Below, piece after piece: positions 34,961 through 42,553 of a stretch of 64,000 nucleotides of DNA. Made by a program: the position numbers and the translations under genes. The stretch spans positions 1,122 to 65,121 of the forward strand of contig CAYPPX010000001.1 in NCBI GenBank assembly GCA_964412775.1, in the 5' to 3' direction. The stretch's first letter is position 1. The number at the start of each line of letters is the position of its first letter. The notes under the pieces are model-generated. The model did no database searches. It saw nothing but the letters and a program-made list of their open reading frames with translations, and was not told the DNA's origin. This DNA comes from an uncultured Pseudomonadales bacterium. GTDB lineage: Bacteria > Patescibacteriota > Microgenomatia > UBA1400 > PJMF01.

Positions 34961-37081
34961 ATGCCTTTACAACTGCCTTTTTTTAAACAAAAGCAAAACG
35001 ATCAGCCAGCAAAATTAACTCCTGAGCAAAAACAAATGGAAAAAGTGAGAGAATTTTCTCAGGGTTTAGTCACTATTCAAGACATTATTGCTCCAGAAGC
35101 GATCGAGGTTGATTTTACTTATCAACAAATTAACTCAACTTATACGCGTACATTATTTGTGGCTGGTTATCCAAGAACTGTCCCAGCTAACTGGCTATCT
35201 CCTTTAATCAACTTTCCTAATCAAGCCAATATCGCCATGTTTATTTATCCAGTAGATTCTGCTGAAGTTTTGGATAATTTGAAAAGGAAAATTACAGAAA
35301 TGGAGGCTGAAATTCAATCAGATATTAGATCTGGTAAGATCAGTAACATTAACACCGAAATTAAGCTCAGTGACGCTCGAACAATCCGTGAACAGTTGGC
35401 AGCTGGTTCAGAAAGATTTTTCCAATTTGGTTTATATGTCACGCTTACTGCTCCAAGCATGGAGTATTTAGATAAAGTCACTAAAAACATTCAATCAATG
35501 CTTGGGTCTTTGTTAATTGTTTCTAAAAAAGCCACTTTACAAATGGACGAGGGTTTTAAAACTACCTTACCAATGGGTAAAGATAAATTAATGATTACTA
35601 GAAACATGGATACTACTTCTCTGGCAACAACTTTTCCTTTTACTTCTTCAGAACTTACCATGGAAACAGGTATCCTCTATGGTATTAATGAACACAATGA
35701 TTCATTGGTTATTTTTGATCGTTTTAAGATGGAAAACGCCAACATGGTTATTTTTGCCAAATCTGGTGCTGGTAAATCTTACACGGTGAAACTTGAGATT
35801 ATTCGTCAGCTAATGTTTGATGCTGAAGTAATTGTACTTGATCCTGAACACGAGTATGAAGAATTGGCAAAAAAAGTTGGTGGTGAATACATTAACTTTA
35901 CTTTTGGTTCCAAAACTAAAATCAACCCATTTGACCTTTCTGCGATGTACGAAGAAGGTGAAAATGAATTAGGCCAAAAAATCTTAACTTTGCATGGTTT
36001 ATTAAAAGTAATGCTAGGAGACATGACCTCTCAGCAAGAAGCTCTGCTTGACCGAGCTTTGATTGCTGCTTATAAAGCTAAGGGTATTACACCAGACCCG
36101 GTCACCCAAACCAATGAACCACCTCTGATGGAAGATTTATACAAGGCTTTAATTGGTATGGAAAATGAAGAAGCTAATGATGTGGCAGCTAGACTAGAAA
36201 AATTCATTACGGGTTCTTTTAGAGGTATTTTTGATAAACCATCCAACTTAGATATCACCAATCCTTTCACAGTTTTTTCGGTTAAAGAAATGGAAGAAGA
36301 ACTTCGACCAATTGCGATGTTTATTATTCTTGATTTTATCTGGACAAGAGTAAAAAAAGACCTTAAACGTAGAATTTTGGTCATTGATGAGGCTTGGTAC
36401 TTTATGAAACATAAAGACAGTGCTTCATTTATTCATTCAATGGTAAAACGTGCTAGAAAATACTATTTAGGCATTACTACCATTACTCAAGATGTTGAAG
36501 ATTTTATCCATAATGATTACGGTAAAGCGATTGTTAGTAATGCTTCAATTCAATTTTTAATGAAGCAATCAACTGCTTCCATTCCAGTCTTAGCAGAAAC
36601 TTTTTACCTTTCAGAGGGAGAAAGACAATTATTGGTTTCATCTGATGTCGGTGAGGGTATCTTTTTTGCTGGCCAAAACCACGTCGCTCTAAGAGTGGTG
36701 GCTAGTGACGAAGAACATGAAGTTATTACCACCAACCCAGAAGAAATTCTTAAAAAGAAAGAAGAAGAACAAAGACTTAAGTTAGAAAAGATGGCTGAAT
36801 TAGAAAAAGCTAAAGAAAAAAAACCTAAATTTTCTTTTGGCGTACCAACTAGCCAAAAAAACAAACCAGCTACTGCAACTCTTTCACAGCCAGGCATAGT
36901 CCCGGAACAAACGCAGAAAACTGATAGTCTTGAAAAAGAACCAACTGAAGCTCCTAATGCTAAAGCGACTCAATCTTCAGTAGATCAAGTAAAACCAGTT
37001 ACTAAACCAGTACAACAAAATGACCGTCCAGACTATGCTGGTTACTACACGATTGATGACTATTCCCCACCAGAAAGCTAG
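34961..37081 (+). CDS. VirB4/TrbE/CagE-family type IV secretion ATPase
   Basis: Walker A FAKSGAGKSYTV, Walker B ILVIDEAWYFM, overall length and the VirB4-typical C-terminal NTPase region. Confidence 0.8.
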   Translation: MPLQLPFFKQKQNDQPAKLTPEQKQMEKVREFSQGLVTIQDIIAPEAIEVDFTYQQINSTYTRTLFVAGYPRTVPANWLSPLINFPNQANIAMFIYPVDSAEVLDNLKRKITEMEAEIQSDIRSGKISNINTEIKLSDARTIREQLAAGSERFFQFGLYVTLTAPSMEYLDKVTKNIQSMLGSLLIVSKKATLQMDEGFKTTLPMGKDKLMITRNMDTTSLATTFPFTSSELTMETGILYGINEHNDSLVIFDRFKMENANMVIFAKSGAGKSYTVKLEIIRQLMFDAEVIVLDPEHEYEELAKKVGGEYINFTFGSKTKINPFDLSAMYEEGENELGQKILTLHGLLKVMLGDMTSQQEALLDRALIAAYKAKGITPDPVTQTNEPPLMEDLYKALIGMENEEANDVAARLEKFITGSFRGIFDKPSNLDITNPFTVFSVKEMEEELRPIAMFIILDFIWTRVKKDLKRRILVIDEAWYFMKHKDSASFIHSMVKRARKYYLGITTITQDVEDFIHNDYGKAIVSNASIQFLMKQSTASIPVLAETFYLSEGERQLLVSSDVGEGIFFAGQNHVALRVVASDEEHEVITTNPEEILKKKEEEQRLKLEKMAELEKAKEKKPKFSFGVPTSQKNKPATATLSQPGIVPEQTQKTDSLEKEPTEAPNAKATQSSVDQVKPVTKPVQQNDRPDYAGYYTIDDYSPPES

Positions 37082-37098
37082 TTTCTCTAAAATTCCTC

Positions 37099-37129
37099 TT
37101 GACACATTGTGGAAAACTAGGTGTATAAC
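37099..37129 (+). promoter_or_regulatory. Candidate dnaA promoter (TTGACA ... TATAAC) with an overlapping DnaA-box-like TGTGGAAAA
   Basis: TTGACA at 37099-37104, TATAAC at 37124-37129; TTGTGGAAAA in the spacer suggests autoregulation. Confidence 0.35.
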
Positions 37130-37195
37130 TAAACAATTAAATCTGACCTGTCCTCTAAGATTTTAACTGTCAATAAAACTGTCCAAAAAGGAAAA

Positions 37196-38683
37196 ATGTT
37201 TACTCAAGCACTTGATTCAAGTGAGGTGGTAAAGGTCTGGCAAGCTAGTCAAGAAAGCCTTAAAACCCAGCTCACTCCAGCTGTTTTTAATACTTGGATT
37301 GTTTCTAATCCGCTAACCAAGGTTGAGGTTGATCAACAAAACATGGCTCTAGCAACTATTACTTGTCCGACCGCTTTCCATGCAACAAACTTGAAAAAGA
37401 ATTTATACACTCAACTCAAGGAAACTTTGGAAAAAGAACTAAATCGGCCGGTTGAGATTGAGTTCGTAATTGGTAATCCAATTGATCTAGCCAAGCAAGA
37501 GCCAGCTAAAGAAACTAAAAAAACTTCTCCTCAAAAAAATTTACTCGGATATAACAATGGCAATATCAACTCACCAACAGTTGATGAATTATTTTCAGCA
37601 CATACATTGCAAGCAAGTTTTCAAGACCGAGCTAAAACAGCGGCCAGAAGAGTTGGTCTTAGAGAAGATTACACTTTTAAAACCTTTGCTGTTTCAACTA
37701 CCAATGAGATGGCCCACGCTGCGGCCACCGCCGTTTCTAACAACCCTGGGGTGGCTTATAACCCACTATTTTTATATGGTGGCGTGGGCGTAGGTAAAAC
37801 TCATTTAATGCAAGCTATTGGTAATAACATTCTTAAACAAAATCCTGAGACAAACATTATCTACTGTACTGGTGAAGAATTTACTAATGAAATTGTTAAT
37901 GCTATTCAAAAGAAAAAAGCTTTTGACTTTAAACAAAAGTACCGCAATACTCAAGTTTTACTAATCGATGATGTCCAGTTTATTGCTGGTAAAAATGCTG
38001 TTCAGGAAGAGTTTTTTCATACTTTTAATGCTTTAACCAAACAAGCTTCCCAAATTATCTTAACCTCAGATAGGCCACCTCATGAGATCAATTTACTTGA
38101 ATCAAGACTAAGATCACGGTTTGAAGCTGGTTTAATGATTGATATTCAGCAACCTTCTTTTGAGCTTAGAACAGCTATTCTATTAATAAAATCACAAGCA
38201 AATAATCTTGATTTACCAATGGAATTAGCTCAATTAATCGCTTCAAAAGTAGATGGAGCTAGAAGAATTGAAGGTATTGTTAAATTACTTCGTTCTGAAG
38301 TAGAGCTAAAACAAAAAACTATTAATGAAGAGTTAATTCAAAGTTTGCTTAAGACAGAAGCCCCAACTAATATCTCGATTATTAGAGCCAAACCTCAAGA
38401 TGTCATCAAAACTGTCGCCAATCACTATCGGATTAAACAAAGCGCTCTTAAAGGTAAAAGAAGAACCAAGGAGATTGTTAATGCTAGACATGCGGCTATG
38501 TTCTTATTAAGAAAAGAGCTTAATATGCCACTAGAAGAAATTGGTAAGTGGTTCTCTGGTAGAGACCACACTAGTGTGTTGCATGCGATTAATAAAATAG
38601 AAAAGGAAATTTCCGAAGAAGGCTTGATGAAACAAGATATTTCAGCTATAAGAATGTCATTAACTGTAGTCGCGAAAGGATAG
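37196..38683 (+). CDS. dnaA: Chromosomal replication initiator DnaA
   Basis: AAA+ Walker A LFLYGGVGVGKTHL, sensor motifs, C-terminal DNA-binding domain (HTSVLHA). Confidence 0.95.
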   Translation: MFTQALDSSEVVKVWQASQESLKTQLTPAVFNTWIVSNPLTKVEVDQQNMALATITCPTAFHATNLKKNLYTQLKETLEKELNRPVEIEFVIGNPIDLAKQEPAKETKKTSPQKNLLGYNNGNINSPTVDELFSAHTLQASFQDRAKTAARRVGLREDYTFKTFAVSTTNEMAHAAATAVSNNPGVAYNPLFLYGGVGVGKTHLMQAIGNNILKQNPETNIIYCTGEEFTNEIVNAIQKKKAFDFKQKYRNTQVLLIDDVQFIAGKNAVQEEFFHTFNALTKQASQIILTSDRPPHEINLLESRLRSRFEAGLMIDIQQPSFELRTAILLIKSQANNLDLPMELAQLIASKVDGARRIEGIVKLLRSEVELKQKTINEELIQSLLKTEAPTNISIIRAKPQDVIKTVANHYRIKQSALKGKRRTKEIVNARHAAMFLLRKELNMPLEEIGKWFSGRDHTSVLHAINKIEKEISEEGLMKQDISAIRMSLTVVAKG

Positions 38684-38952
38684 TTATCAACAATTGTGGA
38701 AAACTTTGGGGAAAAATCAGTGGAAAGTTGTTGGAAAACTTTTAATAACTTTTTAAGTTTGTGAATAAGCAGTCGATTTTTACAAAGTTTTCCATCACAA
38801 TACACAAAGTTTTACAGATGACTAAAACGAAACAATCAACAGTGTTTTTAAGTAATAAACCAGACCTAAAAGTAAAGTTTATTCACTTATCCACACACTC
38901 TATTATTACTACAACAAATATATTTATATAAATAGTTAGATAAGTAAGATTT
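38684..38952. promoter_or_regulatory. Putative oriC: DnaA boxes plus an AT-rich unwinding element between dnaA and dnaN
   Basis: Perfect TTATCCACA at 38887-38895; TTATCAACA at 38685-38693; TGTGGAAAA at 38696-38704; further TGGAAA-type half sites; AT-rich AAATATATTTATATAAATAG tract at ~38917-38936. Confidence 0.55.
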
Positions 38953-40053
38953 ATGAAAATTACAGTTTTACAAGAAAATTTAAAAGTTGCTTTAACTAAT
39001 TTACAAAAAGCAATTCCAGCTAAACCTCAATTACCAATTCTGTCATCAATTTATTTAAAGGTTGAAAATAATCAGCTAACTTTGGCGGCAACAGATTTGT
39101 TTATTGGTATCAAAAACGTAATTCCAGCCAAAGTTGAAGTAGCTGGAAGTTGTGTTGTACCTGGTGATATCTTTAAAAACTTAGTTTTTTCTTTTTCTGC
39201 AGGAGAGATAGACTTGGAGTTAAAAGATAAATCAATGATTGTGAAATACCAAAATAGTAAAAGCACTCTCCCCTATCAATTAGCCGAAGAATATCCTCAA
39301 TTTCCAGAAGTAACAGGTGATGAATTTTTTTTGGAAAAATCTTTATTAGAAAGAATCGATAAATATGTCACTTTTGCTACTACCCAGGATCAAACTAGAC
39401 CAGTTTTGACTTCAATTCTTTTTTCTTTTCAAGCGGATAAACTTGAGATTGCTGCCACAGATGGTTACAGATTAGTTAGTTTAGTTGATAACAAAATTAC
39501 TGGTTTAGTTAAGGAACTGTTAATCCCCGTAAAAGCTTTAAATGAAGTTTTTAGAATGATGACCCAAACAGAGTCTAGTAACGTCGTTTTTAAGGTCTCT
39601 GAAGAGCTTAAACAAGTCCTATTTATTGTTGACGGCATTGAGATTTATGTCAGATTAATTGAAGGTGACTATCCACCATATAAAAAAATTATTCCTGATG
39701 AATTTAAATATCAAGTAAAAATTGATGTATCAGAGTTGACTACTCAAGTAAAAAGAGCGTTTCTATTTTCAAAAGATAGTTCTAATATTGTCAGATTTAT
39801 TTTAGCTGACAAAAAACTAGTAATTAAAGCGATTTCACCATCTGCTGGAGAATATCTTGGAGAAATCGAGACCAGTTTTAGTGATGAAAGTCTAGAAATT
39901 GCATTTAATGCTAGTTATATTTTGGATTTTTTAAACACGCAAAAAGAAGGTGAAATTTTATTTAGTTTGAACGAAAGTTTGAAACCAGTTGCATTTAGTT
40001 ATCCTGCAGAAAAAGATTTAATTTACATTGTGATGCCTTTCAGGACTAACTAA
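38953..40053 (+). CDS. dnaN: DNA polymerase III beta sliding clamp
   Basis: N-terminal MKITVLQENL...LTLAATDLF pattern and three-domain length typical of DnaN; immediately follows dnaA. Confidence 0.9.
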   Translation: MKITVLQENLKVALTNLQKAIPAKPQLPILSSIYLKVENNQLTLAATDLFIGIKNVIPAKVEVAGSCVVPGDIFKNLVFSFSAGEIDLELKDKSMIVKYQNSKSTLPYQLAEEYPQFPEVTGDEFFLEKSLLERIDKYVTFATTQDQTRPVLTSILFSFQADKLEIAATDGYRLVSLVDNKITGLVKELLIPVKALNEVFRMMTQTESSNVVFKVSEELKQVLFIVDGIEIYVRLIEGDYPPYKKIIPDEFKYQVKIDVSELTTQVKRAFLFSKDSSNIVRFILADKKLVIKAISPSAGEYLGEIETSFSDESLEIAFNASYILDFLNTQKEGEILFSLNESLKPVAFSYPAEKDLIYIVMPFRTN

Positions 40054-40081
40054 TCTATTTTTTGTGATATAATCCTCGCCT

Positions 40082-40237
40082 ATGGCAAAGACTAAAAGAA
40101 CTTGGAATCCAAAAAAGAAAAAAAGATTAAGAACTCACGGCTTTTTAAAGCGAATGGCTTCTCATGATGGTAGATTAGTCCTCAAACGAAGACGTCAAAA
40201 GGGTCGTAAAAAATTAACGGTGATTAAAAAAGTTTAA
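40082..40237 (+). CDS. rpmH: 50S ribosomal protein L34
   Basis: Translation [47 protein letters not shown] matches bL34; missing from the ORF track because it is short. Confidence 0.8.
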   Translation: MAKTKRTWNPKKKKRLRTHGFLKRMASHDGRLVLKRRRQKGRKKLTVIKKV

Positions 40238-40314
40238 AACTTAAACTTGGTTTTTAAGATTGTTTTCTCGTACAATGTAATTGTAGTTAACAGAATTACT
40301 GTTAACTTGGTTTT

Positions 40315-40668
40315 ATGCTAGCAAAATCACTAAAACTCAACTTGAGTGATCCCCAAACTAGAAAAATTTTTAGGTCTGGTCTGATTATCAAAACCACCAA
40401 TTTAACAGCTAGCTATGATCCTAAAGTTCAATCATCTAAAATTTCAGTTGTTATAGCTAAAAAAACTTTGACTTTAGCTACCCAAAGAAATAAATGGAAA
40501 AGATTTATTTATGATCAAGTAAAACTAAATTTGGCAATAATAAAAGCCCTGTCGATAGCAGTTATTATTAGATTTACCCCAAAAACTTCTCTGATTTCTA
40601 AAGCTCAATTAGCAACAGAGGTAAAAGAGATCTTTTTAAAAATAAGTAAAAATGAGACTTCCAACTAG
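40315..40668 (+). CDS. rnpA: Ribonuclease P protein component
   Basis: Basic protein with the RNR-like motif (ATQRNKWKRFIY) and a conserved position after rpmH. Confidence 0.7.
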   Translation: MLAKSLKLNLSDPQTRKIFRSGLIIKTTNLTASYDPKVQSSKISVVIAKKTLTLATQRNKWKRFIYDQVKLNLAIIKALSIAVIIRFTPKTSLISKAQLATEVKEIFLKISKNETSN

Positions 40669-40855
40669 ACCTATTTTTGCGTTTTATCAATTTTTAGGCA
40701 ATTTTAAGCACCAACTTTTTTATTCTGTGTTTGGTTTTTCAAGTAAATGTAAACATAATCCGACTTGTAGCAGATATACTCAAGCACAGATAGAAAAACA
40801 TGGTACAATCGTTGGATCAATCAAAGGATTTATCCGAATTCTTACTTGTTGGTAA
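40652..40855 (+). CDS. yidD: Membrane protein insertion efficiency factor YidD
   Basis: CKHNPTCSRYTQAQIEKHG matches the YidD C-x-x-PTCS-Y signature; overlaps the rnpA stop. Confidence 0.8.
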   Translation: MRLPTRPIFAFYQFLGNFKHQLFYSVFGFSSKCKHNPTCSRYTQAQIEKHGTIVGSIKGFIRILTCW

Positions 40856-40867
40856 AAGGAAAAAATA

Positions 40868-41620
40868 ATGGCATATCTTATTGAACAAAGTGTTAGATTC
40901 TTAATTTTTTTAAGTGAAACTTTAGGCAGTTTGGGGTGGGCAATTATTGCTTTTACTCTGTTGACTAAATTTGCTATTTTTCCATTAGCTACATCATCAA
41001 TTAAAGCTCAAAAACAACTGCAAAAACTTCAACCAGAGCTCAAGAAACTTAATGAAAAATATAAAAATGACAAGCAAAAACTTCAGCAAGCTCAAATGGA
41101 ACTTTACCAAAAATACAATGCAAATCCGATTGCTGGATGTGTACCACAGCTACTCCAACTTGGAGTAATTATTGTTCTTTATCAAGCAATGTTAGCTTTT
41201 TTGGGGGAAGATATTCCTCAAGGAATGAACCTAAACTTTTTTTGGTTTAATTTAACTCAAGCAGATAAAACTTATGTTTTACCGATTCTTTCAGGTTTAA
41301 CACAGTTGATTTTATCTCTGATGATTGCTCCAGGTGGAGAGGTTAGAGACTTAGTGCCAAATAAAAGTAAAAACCAAAAAGTTAAAGTAGCTAACGAAAA
41401 AGAAGAAAACATGGCTGAAATGGCTGCTACGATGCAACAGCAAATGATTTTTGTGATGCCAGTTATTATGGTGGTAATTACAGCCCAGTTTCCTTCTGGC
41501 TTAGCTCTTTATTGGGTAGTTAGTAATATTTTCACAATCGGACAGCAATACTTTATTTCTGGTTGGGGAGGTTTAATAGTTTATTATCAAAGATTGGTCA
41601 ATAAATATGGAAAAAATTAA
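40868..41620 (+). CDS. yidC: Membrane protein insertase YidC/Oxa1 (short form)
   Basis: Five-TM 60-kDa_IMP core (FPLATSS...PQL..LYWVVSN) and conserved synteny with yidD/jag. Confidence 0.8.
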   Translation: MAYLIEQSVRFLIFLSETLGSLGWAIIAFTLLTKFAIFPLATSSIKAQKQLQKLQPELKKLNEKYKNDKQKLQQAQMELYQKYNANPIAGCVPQLLQLGVIIVLYQAMLAFLGEDIPQGMNLNFFWFNLTQADKTYVLPILSGLTQLILSLMIAPGGEVRDLVPNKSKNQKVKVANEKEENMAEMAATMQQQMIFVMPVIMVVITAQFPSGLALYWVVSNIFTIGQQYFISGWGGLIVYYQRLVNKYGKN

Positions 41621-42077
41621 AAGCAGAATTATTAGAATTTTTGATTTTTATGGAATTGACGAAGCTGAAATTAGCTTTGAAGAACATAAAGATGAAGATA
41701 AAAATTACTTAAATATTGTTTTACCAGAAGAGAGAGCTAAGCATTTTATTGGTGCCAAAGGTGAGACATTAGAGGCTATTGAAATTTTAGTGAGACTTTC
41801 ACATCAAGATGAGATCGCTGAAAACGAACGCTTGTTAATTGATATTAATGGTTACAGAAAAGAAAGAGAAAATAAACTTCAAGAAAGAGCGATTGCTGTA
41901 GCTGAAAAAGTTCGTGAATCTGGCCGAGAATATGTTTTTAATGATCTTAATTCTTATGAAAGATTCTTAATTCACTCAGCCATTGGTAATAATCCAGATT
42001 TTACTGATATTGAAACATTCTCTGAAGATGATACCTTTGGGAGAGTCTTGGTAGTCAGAAAAAAAGAGTTAGAATAG
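41607..42077 (+). CDS. Jag/KhpB-like RNA-binding protein (KH + R3H)
   Basis: C-terminal R3H-like segment (NDLNSYERFLIHSAI) and position downstream of yidC. Confidence 0.6.
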   Translation: MEKIKSRIIRIFDFYGIDEAEISFEEHKDEDKNYLNIVLPEERAKHFIGAKGETLEAIEILVRLSHQDEIAENERLLIDINGYRKERENKLQERAIAVAEKVRESGREYVFNDLNSYERFLIHSAIGNNPDFTDIETFSEDDTFGRVLVVRKKELE

Positions 42078-42081
42078 TTTC

Positions 42082-42504
42082 ATGGAATTAAAAATTTTCA
42101 CAGACGGAGGTTCTAGAGGTAACCCAGGAATTGCTGGTGGTGGTGTGGTGGTTTATCACCAAGACCAAGTAATTTTTGAACAAGCAACTTTTTGGGGACA
42201 AAAAACTAATAACGAATCTGAATATTTGGCTTTTTTGGCTGCATTAGATTGGTTGAGTAATTTTTCAGCTAATAATAAACTTGAGAAAGTTGCGTTTTTT
42301 CTAGATTCAAAATTGGTTGTCGAACAAATTAATAAAAAATGGCAAATTAAAGAACCAAGACTTAGAGAGTTTGCTCAACAAGCTTGGGAAAAAATTTCAG
42401 CTATCCCCTGTTCTATTACCGTCACTCACATATTGAGAAAAGATAACGCACAAGCTGACGCTCTAGCCAATCAAGCAATGGATACTGCTGACGAAAATAA
42501 ATAA
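42082..42504 (+). CDS. rnhA: Ribonuclease HI
   Basis: IFTDGGSRGNPG N-terminal motif with catalytic Asp, conserved E and D (ESEYLA, DSKLVV), C-terminal ALAN. Confidence 0.8.
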   Translation: MELKIFTDGGSRGNPGIAGGGVVVYHQDQVIFEQATFWGQKTNNESEYLAFLAALDWLSNFSANNKLEKVAFFLDSKLVVEQINKKWQIKEPRLREFAQQAWEKISAIPCSITVTHILRKDNAQADALANQAMDTADENK

Positions 42505-42553
42505 TTGACCTTTCCAAGATCACTTTAAGTTCTTACAATAGACTAGCCTGTCT

